A stretch of DNA of 64,000 nt, taken from Octopus vulgaris. Its lineage: Eukaryota. Location of the stretch: contig OX597815.1 in the NCBI GenBank assembly GCA_951406725.2, positions 198,214,001 through 198,278,000 of the forward strand, given 5' to 3'. Every line of letters starts with the position of its first letter. Positions within the stretch are counted from its first letter, which is position 1. A program made the translations under genes and the position numbers. Positions 13,327 through 28,625 of this stretch are shown here, piece by piece. The notes under the pieces are model-generated. The model worked only from the letters and a program-made list of their open reading frames with translations, did not search any database and had not been told where the DNA came from.

Positions 13327-13640
13327 GTCATCATCGTCATCATCATCGTCATCATCATCATCATCATCATCATCGTCATCATCATCATCATCATTCTCAT
13401 CATCATCATCGTCATCGTCATCGTCATCATCATCATCATCATCGTCATCGTCATCATCGTCATCGTCGTCATCGTCATCGTCGTCATCATCATCATCCAC
13501 CTCCACCTCCTCCTCCTCCTCATCATCATCATCGGTTTTGTTGTTATTATTATTAGTTATTCTTCATCTTCTTCTTATTATTATTGTTGTTGTTGTTGTT
13601 GATATTATTGTTGTTATTATCATTATTGTTATTATCATAC
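13245..13640. repeat. Compound trinucleotide microsatellite (CAT/CGT)n-(CCT)n-(TTA/TTG)n
   Basis: Seen directly; source of the poly-H/D/I/M ORFs. Confidence 0.95.
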
Positions 13641-13679
13641 AAGCGGATAACAGGCTAAGCATTATTCCCACCAGGGGCA

Positions 13680-13837
13680 TCATCTTTTACTTCTTTCGGG
13701 GTCGCTAATTTAAAGTACCAGTGAACTAAGGAGTCTGATATAATAGACTAACCATTTCCCCTAAAACTTGCTAGCCTTATTTCAAAATTTGGAGCTTTAT
13801 TATCATCATCATCATCATCATCATTCTCATTAATTAT

Positions 13838-13892
<55 letters not shown>

Positions 13893-13925
13893 CATCATCA
13901 TCATTATTATTATTATCATTATTCT
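13680..13925 (+). mobile_element. Degenerate 3' half of SINE family C followed by (ATC)/(ATT)n
   Basis: CTTTCGGGGTCG.TAATTTAAAGTACCAGT matches the family C body. Confidence 0.6.
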
Positions 13926-14149
13926 ACTGAGACACAAAGATGGAGAATAGAAAGGAAAGCATAAATATTGATCGCAAGAAAGGGGTTGGTAGGTTCAGTT
14001 TGTATGGGTGAAACATGGAAATTATGCATAAAATTATCAATTTTTCTGTAGTTATGAAAGACTACCGCAGTTTGAAAATGAATGCACAAATAATACTTGA
14101 TGTTGCGGTTATGGTTTTGGTATATACATGCATATATGCATACACACAC

Positions 14150-14256
<107 letters not shown>

Positions 14257-14372
14257 ATTATACATATATATGTGTGTGTATGTATATATGTGTATATATC
14301 TATATCTGTCTATCTATCTCTATCTATATCAATGACCATATCTATCTATCTATCTCTCTCTATCTATCTATC

Positions 14373-14424
<52 letters not shown>

Positions 14425-15381
14425 ATATATATATACATATATGTATGTATATACAGAGATATTCAATTCTCATAATCTTCCATGCACGCATAAAACGCCT
14501 TAGCTATATCCATGCGAACATGGATTGCATATATTTTGATCAATATTCTGTATGAGCAATGCTTGTGGGCCTACTAAATTATTTTGCTTCGCGAATCCAC
14601 TCTTTGACATGCTTAGAAGAATGAGCTGCATTTCACTGCAGTGAATTTTACTGAATACAACCTCCCCCAATAAGCAATGGCCACATTCTAAAAATAGATG
14701 ACTTTGTTTTCGCTTTATATCCTTATATTTACATGTTTTTCTCTCGTTTTACTGTGACAACAAGTTCGATTGCATGTACCTACAGCGATGTAGCAATTAT
14801 TCGTAATTCCCGTACTGATAATCGAGCATCAATTTGTGCGCTTCGTGTATTTAGTAAATTTGCAGTACTTAGTTTTTCGGTTTGTATATAACATAGTGCA
14901 TTATTTATATTGTCATGTGCAAATTCTGTACTGCAGAAATTAAGATAATTGCATTAGGTTTGATGCATGCTTAGTAATGTAAAATTGTGGATTGCGCATG
15001 ATATTGATAATTTTTTTTATTATCAAATTATTCTGAATTTCGTTTCGGTCGAAGAAACTATATTTATATCTATATGCAACGGTCTTCTTATTTGCATTGG
15101 ATAGTGATTTCAATGTCATTAAATAAAAGGGCAACAAGATTAGTGTTAATTACATTATGTGCATGGAATCCAAACACACTGATCTTGTCATGTATATGAA
15201 AATGGTTCAATACAAATACTTATTCGTTTTGAAAATGTTGGTGTATCAAAGCATGAATATATACACATATGTATTATTTATAAATACACACAATCTTTCT
15301 TACAGACGTGTATAGTAACAGATCGATTATGAGACAACCTAAATTGACAATAACTAAGTTGTAACAGGAATATTTTTTGCA

Positions 15382-15545
15382 TTCTATATGCAAGATATAT
15401 GTGTTACCCGTCACAAGTGCGACTGTTGAGAGAACATTACGAGGACTAAATTGTATAATGATGTTAGATTACAGTTTCACCATTAACAGATATATTGATA
15501 TCAACAATAGTTTAGAAATGTTAATGTGATAAATGGTCCTATAAG
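15382..15545 (+). mobile_element. hAT transposase C-terminal dimerisation-domain remnant
   Basis: Translation SICKIYVLPVTSATVERTLRGLNCI...MLM.INGP matches the hAT LP.TSA..ERSFS motif. Confidence 0.7.
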
Positions 15546-16274
15546 GAGCATGCATATGTGGTACTAATCAAATAACAACAGAAATCATGGATCACTCTTG
15601 CCGTCGTGAAGCGTATCTGTCTATAATTGTATATTACAATCCTAAGGCAAATACTGGGATTTTGTTCGCTTTTACCCCATATCCTGTATGTTTTATTTTT
15701 CATATTGTTTAAATGAGGGTTTTAAGAAACTGATGCTGTTAGACACACAAAAAATGTATTTGTTTTACGTCATTGTAATTTACTTCATCTTTCAATCGCG
15801 TGCCTTTAAGCAGCATGCATATGGAAACATTTAGCACTTTGTGTCTTAAGTAAAATGTAGGGCAATACAAATGATCGGCCGGCTAATAAGCATATCAGAC
15901 TTTCATAATTCACTAAATATTACACAGAACTCCATACGTCAACGACAATGTAGAATATGCTTTCAACACAGAACCGATATAGTGCATTTAACAACAACTG
16001 CAATTACTAACAAAAATTCAACTGTCAGCTTTTTAGTATATCTGATTCGTCATAAACTCGGTAAAAGCTTTCTCTCAGACAGAAATTGTTAAAGGACATG
16101 CCTCAAAGCTGTGAGGACATTCTGGGAATCATATAAAACTAACTTCTAAAACTAAACGATGGATTCAAATAACTAGTATCAAGGCATTATTGCAGACTAA
16201 GATGGTTGGAGATAAGAATTCTTAAAACATTAACTGGAGCAAACGAAATCGAGAGTTCTAAGAAGCGAAATTGA

Positions 16275-16275
<1 letters not shown>

Positions 16276-16370
<95 letters not shown>
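16276..16370. repeat. (TAA)n microsatellite
   Basis: Seen directly. Confidence 0.95.
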
Positions 16371-16371
<1 letters not shown>

Positions 16372-16601
16372 GAGGTAGAGGTAACCAGAATATGGAATCT
16401 AAAACAGAAACAATTCCTATCATAGTAGGTGCATTAGGCATGATAAAAAGATATTCAGACAAATACATAACAAAAACACCAGGAAATACAAACACATATT
16501 ACATACAGAAAATTGCACTACTGGGCACTGCACACATCCTACGCAGAACACTTTCCATACAATAACCATCAGAGCATCATAACAAATCACAGCACATATC
16601 C
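16371..16601 (+). mobile_element. 5'-truncated R4/Dong-clade LINE (RLE C-terminus plus start of 3' UTR)
   Basis: EVTRIWNLK/TETIPIIVGALGMIKRYSDKYITKTPGNTNTYYIQKIALLGTAHILRRTLSIQ* (stop 16563-16565); abuts (TAA)n. Confidence 0.88.
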
Positions 16602-19600
16602 ACTGATAGATATATATATATCTGTAAAGGAATGTTATCAATTTTAAATATGTACGAAGATATATAAGTACAATTTAATGAATACCCACACAGCATATGG
16701 GCAATGAATGAATCTGTACAGAAAACACGTATACACTATACGATGTACAATGAAAAACGAACACCACATTCCAAAATATTAACCAGAGAGAGAGAGAGAC
16801 AGACAATGTTACCTCACGTTGACAGCAAATGGATGTTCTCTTGCTGACGTAACTCAGTAATATGTAATAGGACACGAACAGGAAACAGACAATGCATGAA
16901 TCAACAGAATTCCAGGATGCTGATAAATATACTATTATTATCCTGTATTCTTACTTTTTAACAAAAAAGACATTTATTCATGAACATACTACATTACATG
17001 ATACGTATTTCCTTTTTTCCATTTAAAAAAAATGCTTGTCTACAATAACAAATGCACTTTTGTAAAAGGTAGAATGTAAATGGAAGTATAGTTTAGATAC
17101 TTTACTTAGTAAATCATGTATATTATTCAGATTGTATTACATAAAATTTCTGGAGGGTAGTATAAGCTATGAAAAAACACTTCAGACAATTATATCAAAT
17201 ACACAGTTTTAGAGAGTAGAGTATTAATGCAAAATAGTAACAAAGCAAATGTTTCTATTGAAAACGCGCTTTCCAAAAGAACATGCTTAAATTACATAAA
17301 ACAATACATAAAATATGAGATAAAAATTAAGAATATCATGCCGGAACGAAGTTATACAACAACAGCCTTCGATACTTTTATGTGCTGATTAAATGTGAAT
17401 TGTTGAGGATGTGAAATAGGTTACCATTGAAGTTTTAAAGCCGTTTTCGCTTTTATACCATGTTTATTGTATCAATGGCTTTAGGAGATAATCAATTGTG
17501 CTTAAATGGACTTTAGAAGTAGTAACATTTACGTGCAATTATGGGATTTAAATATCATAAACAGGAATGCTGGGTGATACTTAATCCCAGTGTAAACTCG
17601 GCTACCCTAAACAATATTATACTGAGAATCACCCGACCCCTCCCCGTCAGGCCAATACCCTACCGTCTCATCTCTTGTCTTTACCTCTTGCCACTCTTAC
17701 TGCATTCAATCTACTCGGTCCGCCACTACCTTTTATGCTTGCTGGAATATTCTACTTTCAGGTACCACCACGAGGTGTTGTGTTGCAACACTTTAAGTGG
17801 AACACTAACGTTATGATATCGGCAACGGAGAGCCAGCAAAATTTAGAAGGCACACCGGTCTTCAGACTCATCTCGTAGAAGACATACATGTATTTCTCTT
17901 ATCTGTTTCGTACCACATAGACAAGTGATGTATATCTGTCGCACTCCTATTCAACTATATAAAACTCAACTAAGATATCAAACTTTCAGTAAGGTATCAT
18001 ACTTGTGTTCTTCAAAAGAAATATTGTAATTTCGACCTGGATAAATTTTGTTTAATTTCACTTCAATCATATTTTCCTCTGCGAAATCACTATTTTTATT
18101 TTGATATTAATGTATATTCAGCATAAATCATATTGCATTCCAATGCCTTGCACTGCATAGAATTAAATAAAATGTTGTATACTGTGCTTGAGATGTGTCT
18201 AAGTATACCAAATCACAAATATACAACCAAAAACAGGCTATTAATGTTGTGTTTTCAATTATATATTATGAAAGGTTTCTGTGTGAATTAGATAGTACCT
18301 ATGTGGGATTAAAGTAAAACATGTTGAAATAGAAACAGTGTATTTTAGATACATATAAAAACTCGTGTTTGGAAGAAATGCTAAATAATTTCTAATTTGG
18401 AATTAATTGACTCATATGCCGTATGGTGCATTATATAATGTTATTTCTAATCGTATGCATTTGAATATAAACTTTATATAAGCTTATACACATTTGTGCA
18501 TACACCTACGTACGTATAAACTTATCCATGTACAAATACAATTTGTAGCACATTCGAAGAAAATTGTAGCGATTATACGAGACACAGATGAAGAGCGAAA
18601 CCAATTTTAAAACTCCGTAGTTAATTTGATTTATCTCCCACTGAGATGTAAAACTGGTAAGAACAGTTGTTTAATGCAATATACTTTCTTTCCAGTGCCA
18701 TTTCACCTCGACGCAAAAGTACTTAAAATTGTTTCTAAGCTTCTCAGCTGACTATGGCCATTACAATCAAACGTCAAAAGCACCAGAGTGATTTTACTTA
18801 ATGTAGTAAATGTGTTGACACTAGAAAAACATGGTTATTTTGAACAACTTAATTCTACTGGTGAGACAATAAGTCTAAGAATATGATGATTGCGATGATA
18901 ATTATTATTGTTTTCGTTGTCTTTTATCTGTGTTCAGGATTGATAATTGCGGTGTGTCTCAAATCTCTTTGTTAAGCACAATCATGAAACTAATAGTTAA
19001 TAACCCTACTCTTGGCTGGTATTTTGCGTGCCATATCATTTGGTGTGAATTTTCAAATATATATTAGCATGCTTAACTAAAAGAGTGCTGACCAAAGGGA
19101 AATTGCATCTATGCGTTTGGTGAAATACGTTTAACAACTTTAACCGAAACAGACATTATCTATAATTATTTCAGCTAACCTTATGCGGAGAAACATGCTA
19201 TCTGAGTCTTACATTCAAGAAATTTTGTTTTGAAATATTTTAAATAGCAAAATTATTAGATTTGATTCCTTCATCTCACAAAAAGAAAACGAGAAAACAC
19301 GACTTATCATTATCTCAGGCTAGCAAAGTTTGCTGCATTTTGATGTTCCAATGAAATGCACACATGTCGAACATGATCAGATAAATCGATCGGGTTCGAA
19401 TAACAAGATCTGATATTTTCGGCAATCGAACTGTAAAATTAATGGTTAAAATGTTTGAAATCACTTCAGTATTTCCGAAACGACTTCAAATAAATTATAT
19501 CAACTTTTAAAGGTCAATGAATATACGTTATTGTACTGTTTATAATATTTTACATTTTATTAATGATTAAACATCCTGCTATGAATATTGGAGCTATATA

Positions 19601-20264
19601 TATTTATATTCAGGTAATGTTTTTAGAAAAGAATAACAGAAATCAAGACTTGAAATGAAGTCGAGGAACCTGATATATTGTGATTTTTCTAGCCCAAAAA
19701 CCTCCAAATATATATTTTAATTGTTCATTTGATGTTTAGTTTTCGAACTTAATTATAATTTATTATATTGCTTACATTTGTAACTGAATAGCTAAGATTT
19801 TTTGAAAGGTTTTAATAGGCTTAATAAGCATGAAGCAATTCGTAATATAGTCTTCTTTATATAGTTAAAATCTATAGGTTTGAAGTTTGAAATAAAAATA
19901 ATTTTCTGATCGTGCTTCGTCTTTTGCTTTCAGGAAATAAAGATACGAGGACAGATATCTATCAATCTGTCGATTTAAAATGCAGGGTTTAAAAGTGACC
20001 TTATCCTTATTTATTTCCTTCTCTGTTTGAACCGAACCAATGTAAGGGAGCTGAATGAAGAGTAACCGAATTTAAATAATCAGCAAATCGGTATACTGAA
20101 TAATTAAACGAGCAAAATTTCTAAATATCTTAAATTGAAGAACTTTAGAAACAACATTAAAAGACGTTTGGTGTTAATATTAATATATTTCAAATTTTGA
20201 AGGCACAAAAAAGTAGTTATTTAAAAAGAAATTCTATTCCAATGATATGATACTGCAACAACAA

Positions 20265-20663
20265 GCAGGAGTGTCTGTGTGGTATGTAGCTTGCTAACCT
20301 ACCACATGGTTCCGGGTTCAGTCCTACTGCGTGGCATCTTGGGCAAGTGTCTTCTGCTATAGCCTCGGGCCGACCAATACCTTGTGAGTGGATTTCGTAG
20401 ACGGAAACTGAAAGAAGCCCGTCGTATATATGTATATATATGTGTGTGTGTGTGTGTGTTTGTGTGTCTGTGTTTGTCCCCCTAGCATTGCTTAACAATG
20501 GATGCTGGTGTGTTTACGTCCCCGTCACTTAGCGGCTCGGCAAAAGAGACCGATAGAATAAGTAGTGGGCTTACAAAGAATAAGTTCCGGGGTCGATTTG
20601 CTCGTCTAAAGGCGGTGCTCCAGGATGGCCGCAGTCAAATGACTGAAACAAGTAAAAAGAGTA
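20265..20663 (+). mobile_element. SINE family A, full length
   Basis: Colinear with the other copies. Confidence 0.93.
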
Positions 20664-22485
20664 AGCAAAAATGTAAATAGATTTTATTCGATAATTCCTT
20701 CCATAATTCTAAATGTATTGTGGAATATCTCTAACGTAATATGAGCTTAATGAAAATATGCGCATTGCTGTTCCGCAACGAAAGATGAAGATTAAGGGAA
20801 TATAGAAGCACACAACAGTAACTCCACTCGTGCACAATTTGGTCACTATTTGACCACCAATATTTATGATTTTAGTGAGAGACAAGAAAGAATATATTCA
20901 ATTGTAGAAGAATCGAAATAAGAAAACCTGATCGATAAACTAGCTACGTTTCCATCTATTCTTGAATTTAGATTTAATTTTTCATTGTGTAGGAACACGG
21001 TATTTTTGAAATCTAATTCTATAACCTAAAAGAAATATGTTTGTGAGTGATTTTTTCTATATTATTTTTATATATTCATTCGAAATTTGGCATTTATGTT
21101 TTCGTCCTTATGTCCTTCTCTCTCTCGGTTAGTCCTCTCTCTCTCTCTCTCTCTCTCTGTCCCTCTCTCTATATATATACTTATGCATGTATAAAGATTT
21201 ATTTATATATACATACATATATATGCATACACGCACATACGCACACATGGATATCAATGTACATACAAGTTCACAATGCGCAGTTATGCACAAACGTATA
21301 GCATGTTGCATTTATATGTACGTTAATACATATCACTGTCTGATTCTTCGTGTGCATATTCCATGTTCATCTCTTACTCTATGCAATACTCTGCATTCAT
21401 AGACATGACTAATCCAGTTCTGCTACACCATCAAATCCTACAGGCTACTTGGCACAGCAGGATGCAGTAAGATATGTAAGATGTTATTAAGATTTATAAA
21501 AGCACAATCATGGCTTGCATATATTCGTAAACTAGATTGATTCCTGATTTAAATATGTTTTTCATTTAGCTAGAAGCCATCTCACATATTGCCAAATCAC
21601 CGTTTGAGAAATCTGTTTTTATGAAATTTCTATTGACTTTACATATATACCTCCTCTCGCTTTAGATCAGACAAGTTGCTTTCTGTGTAATAGCCAAAGT
21701 TTATCAGATTTATAAAGTACAAACTGAAAAACGAATTGTTTGTTTCCGTTTATTTTTTCGATAAGCTGATGGTTTAACAATAGAATTTTACACAAAAATT
21801 GCAAATAATTAATCTAAAAAGAACATAAATAAGTAAAAGTAAATGATGATAATAAAAGTAAGAATATTATTGGCTTCTTGAACTCCACTTAACCGTTGCT
21901 TTCTACTTGAAACGCATACTAAATTATTGCTGAATTGAAGACAATGGCAGCAATTAATAATTTAAGGTTAACGTTTATTGAAAAGGAGTGAACTTTTGCC
22001 TAAAGAAATAGTCAAACATTGTGCCAAAAACTGAACCCTTGTTTCCGTGCCCATGAGCGGAAAGTATTGCAACTTAACGAGTTTTTATTTTTTATAATAT
22101 ACGTGGCACAAAGTTCAGCTATTTTCTTATCAATATTAACTTTGCCGTTGGCTAACAAGTATTTTGATCAAGCGATAAAATAGCAACAAACAGCTGACTC
22201 GAGCAAGGTTCGCTTATTAGCAGAACACGTTTGTTTTACTACTACAAAAAGCAGTCAATAGCGAATGCTTTAAATACAGCAATGTTTTATTTCAATATGC
22301 TCGTAAAATACATTTTACTTGCTGCTAGAAAAGGAATAACGAACCGTATGCATAATTTTGCTTATGTATGGTGTTCGAAGGCATGCATATAAAAGTCTCT
22401 AAAATATCCATATAAAAATCTCCCAGATATAAGTATACAGACACAAGACAAACATGAGTGAGTTGTTATTATATATGTATATATC

Positions 22486-22486
<1 letters not shown>

Positions 22487-22566
<80 letters not shown>

Positions 22567-22570
22567 TAAA
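22487..22570. repeat. (TAA)n microsatellite
   Basis: Seen directly. Confidence 0.95.
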
Positions 22571-22816
22571 GATTACTTCGAAGTAGCAGAGCGTTACCTT
22601 TAATTCCTTTATATAGACCTACACATTTTTTCTACTGCATCGATTACCTACCATTACAAATGCAACCCTACTATAATACCGGTGCAATTTCTTCATGGTC
22701 TTCACATTAATATCCTTTGATCCAACTGTTTAGTTTTTCGTTTCCCTACTCAGCGTTGTATGATGTGGAGTATGATGTGGAGTTGTACGTTAATTAACTT
22801 CATATATATATATATA

Positions 22817-22926
22817 TGGCCTGCTTGCTTAGCCAGCGGGATGGCGTCATTCGAAGGCTAAAACCATGCGAACGCATTGTGACCAGCGATGTGTAAAACA
22901 TCTGATGGTCTGGTCGGTCACGTGAT
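22817..22926 (+). mobile_element. Short GC-richer insertion inside (TA)n, probable retroposon 3' end
   Basis: 110-bp island flanked on both sides by TA repeats; stem TGTGACCAG...CTGGTC..TCAC; no second copy in this window. Confidence 0.5.
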
Positions 22927-22947
22927 ATATATATATATCATATATAC

Positions 22948-22991
<44 letters not shown>

Positions 22992-23534
22992 CCTGCAGTT
23001 TAATTGTATTCTAAGTAGTGTATTAAAAATGCTTCATGAATTTCATGAAAAAACTTAAATGGGAGAATATCTATCCTTTTAGAGAAATAAATATCTTGAA
23101 AATTAGATGAATGTTTAAGATTATTACGGTCTCATTTTATGCAGGCGAGTTGGGTGGTTGAATTTAGGCAAGAGTCGGGCGTTAAGAAGATAAGCGTCGT
23201 GTCTTTCCTTCATATACGTTACAGTTATTATAGTTTCGTTAATTTGGGAAACATTTTGACGATGACACCTGGCATTCGTCTCCAGTTCAACATTACTTGT
23301 AATTGTAATTAATTATATACTTTTATTTTTAAATTAATTGATATTACAATTAAGCAATTAAATATATATTTAAATGATTTAATATATTGTTGACATTAGG
23401 TATGAATTAATTGTGTGTGAATTGCTTTTGTATCTCGTTGTAATTTAGGTTAAACGACATAACAGTCGTAAAAGCTAGTTATTCTCAAGTATAAATAAGT
23501 TCACGTGCACTCAGTTAAAGTTTGTCTGTGATAT

Positions 23535-23650
<116 letters not shown>

Positions 23651-24187
23651 CAAATACAGTAATAAAGCATACAAAGTTCGAGTCGCAGATGACGTTTTAT
23701 TTTAATATCGGATGAAATTTATTTCCCAGCTTTGTGTATTCTAACAGAAGAAAATGCCAGATTTCGTGATTATACAATTGAAAATTTGTAAAAAAAGGAT
23801 AGCTAAAACGTGGGTTGCATTGAATTTGACATTCTTTATGTCGGTCAATGTGAATATATGAAAATGCAGCTTTATGAGAGATTTAGATGGGAAGACCAGA
23901 GCAGAGAGATGCATGAAGTTTGGCTCATCGTTCGATACAGGAAAATGTCTAGAGAAGAAAAAAATGGATGAGGCAGATAGTCGGGTGCCGTGTGTCATTG
24001 CATGCCGCAAAAATAACTGACTGGATGTTGGTAAGAGACTGCGAATGTACTTTTGAAGCCTGAGAATACAAAGATAGCCATAGTGTGTGTGAGCGTGTGA
24101 GATACCTCTGTGTGTTTCTGTGGACTGTAAGTATGGGATACCTGTGTGCGTGTGTGTGGAGTGTTTATATATATATATATATATAAA

Positions 24188-24427
24188 GGCGGTGAGCTGG
24201 CAGAAACGTTAGCATACCGGGAGAAATGCGTAGCCGTATTTCGTCTGCCGTTACGTTCTGAGTTCAAATTCCGCCGAGGTCGACTTTGCCTTTCATCCTT
24301 TCGGGGTCGATAAATTAAGTACGAGTTACGCACTAAGGTCGATGTAATCGACTTAATCCGTTTGTCTGTCCTTGTTTGTACCCTTGTGGGTAGCCCCTAT
24401 GTTTAGCCCCTTGTGGGTAGTAAAGAA

Positions 24428-24430
<3 letters not shown>
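24188..24430 (+). mobile_element. tRNA-derived SINE family C inserted in (TA)n
   Basis: GGCGGTGAGCTGGCAGAAACGTT head, B box GAGTTCAAATTCC, tail CCCCTTGTGGGTAGTAAAGAAATA. Confidence 0.93.
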
Positions 24431-24459
<29 letters not shown>

Positions 24460-24649
24460 AAGCGTGTCTGTGCGTGTTTCTCATGTGAGCGTTTGTGTCG
24501 GTGTTTATGATGTGCTTTTGAACGTGCTTATGATATGCAAACTTGCGTGTGTGCAGTGGATGTATGCCGCGTGTCTGTGTGAGCATGTATGTGTGTGCGC
24601 GTGTGCGTATGTGTGTGTGTATGGAGTAAGTTATATACGTCGGTGAGTG

Positions 24650-25235
24650 GAAGTTAAAAATGACAGGAAACAGACGAAAGGAAGATATGAGAGAAGGGGG
24701 TTGGAAGATGTTATAAGAATGATGGGATGTCAAGCCCTAATAATGCGTAAAATCGAAATGTCTGATGGTTGTACTTTCGTGACCTATGGGCAATGAGGTG
24801 TTTGTTGCAGTGATTGAAGGTAGAGAAGTGAGGTTATATTTTTGAGGCGGATAAATCCTAAATTTTCAGTAAATGTATCGAGTAAGCGGCATTGAGCATG
24901 TCCCAGATATACCCGCAAGGGGTGCATTTGAGACCATAAATGATGTTAGAAGAGAGACTGGAGAAGAAGAAATAGATGTGAATTATGCGATGGTTAGTTC
25001 CTGTGAGGGAAATCGTGTTGACGATCGTGATTGTATGGAGGTCTGAAGCTAGATAAGAATCCGCGATGGGTGGGAGAGGGGAAGATAGGTCAGGAAGGTT
25101 TCGGGTGTCTCTGAAAATGAGTTGGAAGGCCCATAGGATTGACTTATGCAGGGACAGTGTAGAGCGGCGGAAAAGGAATGGAAATTGGATGCGAATGGGA
25201 TACGAGCGTGGGGAAGGAGAGCGGAATGATTTGCG
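24650..25235 (-). mobile_element. Penelope-like element GIY-YIG endonuclease remnant
   Basis: Minus strand RIPFASNFH...SSNIIYGLKCTPC...YLGHAQCRLLDTFTENLGFIR resembles SSNVIY..C..C..YIGQT.RRL..RF.EH. Confidence 0.7.
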
Positions 25236-26118
25236 ATCAAGTGATTGTGTGTGTGTGTTAATTTATATACATACACACACACATATATGTATGTAGACAC
25301 ACACACATATATATACACATATATATATATATGTTTGTGTGCGTGCCTGCGTGGGTGCGTGTCTATGTATATATATACACACATCTATATATATATATGT
25401 ATATATATATAAATGTGTGTATATATATACATACACATGCACCCACGTAGGAACGCACACAAATATATATATATATATATGTATATATATGTGTGTGTGT
25501 GTGTCTACATACATATATATATATATATATATACATGTATATAAATACGATTATTCGCAATATCTAGATATGTGCTCGTGATATATTGGTAAATATATAA
25601 GGCAGTTATTGTTTCGCATTTCTACATTTATAACAATAAAAATAAATCAGGATTTCTGAATCACCTGCCGCATTACATATTACGTGTTGGATAATTATTA
25701 CTATAAAATATTTAGTTTTCGTAATAATGTTTACTTCCGTCACAATATCAATAACAACCTCATACCTGGAATAATTCGCTGTTTGCATTTATTTACGTTA
25801 CTTTACATATTGATATAGCATGTCGTTATTCCGTTGCATTGATATATATAGGAAACGCTATTGTTCCAAAGGAAATAGAAAATATTCGAAAAAAGCAATA
25901 GTAAGCATCAAATAAAATATCTGTAACTTGAAAAGAGTCACGATTTCAATATAATGTTTAAGAAATACTATTTTCACTAAAATCGCGAGGAAACACATAT
26001 ATACACTCCCGCAGTTACAGTCACAAACGAATATACATGGGTATGTATATGTCTCTATATATATGTATATATGTGTATGAATATTATACACAGACACACA
26101 GACACACACACACACACG

Positions 26119-26150
<32 letters not shown>

Positions 26151-26519
26151 CACCTACATACACATACATGTATGTATGCGTGTATAGTTTATCCGCACCA
26201 CAAAGACCGCGCATGTGCTAGTAATTTGGCTTCAATACTAATAGAAATCGCGACACTTGCTGAATGCGATGTAAAATATTTTATTTCGTACTAGTAGCAA
26301 CATCTGACTAATATTTACAGCAGGGGAGTTGTTTACATAACAGTCCATCACTGTAAAAGCTAGTCTTTTTCGCAGATCAGCTAACTTAGAATAAAATAAT
26401 CATTTTGAAAACGATCGATCTTTATCATGTGGTAAATAACTTCAGAGTCAGTTTTCAGCACGTTAGACAAGTTTGATATACGAAATCATTGTTCTGTAAA
26501 GATGTGAATTGAATCAGAA

Positions 26520-26665
26520 TAGGCGTAGCCATGTTGAATTAAGTTGCTTTTTTTTCTAACCATATGGCTTCAATGCTAATGCACGTCTACAATAGCCCCT
26601 TGCCTTCGTAGGACTTGTCAGTGGTTTTCGTTGAGAAAACTGAAAAAATCCCTTCGTATATAAAT
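26520..26665 (+). mobile_element. Highly degenerate SINE family A 5' half
   Basis: AACCATATGG, CTTGTCAGTGG and GAAAACTGAAAAAATCCCTTCGTATAT align to family A. Confidence 0.55.
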
Positions 26666-26965
26666 ATAGGTATATACCTGTTTACTTATGTTAGTTTTGT
26701 ATTAGTGTTTGTTAGTTCCACGATTTCCTGAGGACCGATTTCGTTTTGTCAATGTACCTATGTTTTCGTATATCGGCAATAGAGCAATATGGAAGCAATA
26801 CCAGGCAAAAGCAGATAAGCAATATTTAACATATTGTGAATATTTCCAGGTATCCGATCTTGTATACACTTTGTCGTAGCATGTAGTAGGTGTACACATC
26901 TACATGCTACAGCATCTATATTTATATGTATATATGTTGGCATACATAGATAAAATTATACATAT

Positions 26966-27371
26966 CTCTTTTACTCTTTTACTTGTTTCAGTCATTTGAC
27001 TGCGGCCATGCTGGAGCACCGCCTTTAATCGAGCAACTCGACCCCGGGACTTATTCTTTTGTAAGCCCAGTACTCATTCTATCGGTCTCTTTTGCCGAAC
27101 CGCTAAGTAACGGGGACATCAACACACCAGCATCGGTTGTCAAGCAATGCTAGGGGACAAACACAGACACACAAACACACACACACATATATATATATAC
27201 ATATATACGACGGGCTTCTTTCAGTTTCCATCTACCAAATCCACTCACAGGGCTTTGGTCGGCTCGAGGCTATAGTAGAAGACACTTGCCCAAGGTGCCA
27301 CGCAGTGGGACTGAACTCGGAACCATGTGGTTGGTAAGCCAGCTACTTACCACACAGCCACTCCTGCGCCT
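26966..27371 (-). mobile_element. SINE family A, full length
   Basis: Colinear with the other copies; intact A and B boxes. Confidence 0.94.
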
Positions 27372-28002
27372 ATATATATATATATCTATGTATGTGTGCG
27401 TATGTGTAATTAAATAAGTAAAATGCACATTAGTATTTACTCTCATATATGTTCCACCGTCTTCCATTATAAATTTTGTACTTAATTAATTTTTCGTTTT
27501 CTAATACTGCAACACAAAACAAAAAATAGTAGTCGGTGTTGTTTCTTATTATGTTGTACCACATATAGAACCAAATTCTTTCAATGAAACTATTACTTAA
27601 GCGAAATAATAGTCACAGAAATGTTATACAATATGACACTCATAACATCAGACAACAGACTGGGAATATATTGTAAGCCGATTTTAAGTAACATTTTAAT
27701 ACATGTCGCTGATAATACAGATAATATTCTAAATGACTAAAAACCACCTCATGATTTTCATCGCTGTTGTGTGCCCGGATTTATATCCGATACGCGAGAT
27801 CTATGACCGAATGTATTAAACAAGCTATCATCCCAATATTTAATCATTCAGTTAACTTCAAACTCAATATATAATGTTATATCGGAGAGATTTATAAATT
27901 GCTTAGATTATATTTCAGACATTTTACTTCAAAGTAAATGGTCAAATATTCTCAAGGATACCGTCCATTTTGACATATGTGTATAAATATATATATAAAT
28001 AT

Positions 28003-28317
<315 letters not shown>

Positions 28318-28530
28318 AGTGCAAACAAGGGAGACAGAGAAAGGCAGAATGCCACTTATATTTGAACACTATACAAATATTCCTTTAAAAAAAAATTTCT
28401 TTTAATTTTTCTAAATTTAATTATTTAATCGTTACAGTTGAAAAGGTCTCAAAATGACCGAAACCCGTACTGAAGTGTTCTTTATAAAATTATTTTAGCA
28501 TTTTCTATTTTGACTTGTTTTTTTCATATA
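28318..28530 (+). mobile_element. Penelope-terminus-like fragment between TA tracts
   Basis: TTGAAAA-GGTC-TCAAAAT-GACC-GAAAC motif at ~28438-28464. Confidence 0.5.
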
Positions 28531-28561
28531 TATATCAACTCGTGTGTTCCTTTTCACCCTT

Positions 28562-28625
<64 letters not shown>

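Noticed and set aside
13156-13556. Poly-Asp / poly-His ORFs suggesting biomineralisation or metal-binding proteins
   Set aside because: Several frames on both strands are open because the sequence is a (CAT)n repeat; no signal peptide or gene context
15871-16092. RQRQCRICFQHRT resembling a piggyBac cysteine-rich domain
   Set aside because: The remaining cysteines are absent and no other piggyBac motif or TTAA/TIR was found
17630-17880. GC-richer island, possibly a LINE 3' remnant
   Set aside because: No diagnostic motif could be read in any frame
21964-22143. Imperfect ~38-bp inverted repeat
   Set aside because: Too degenerate in AT-rich DNA to call a MITE with confidence
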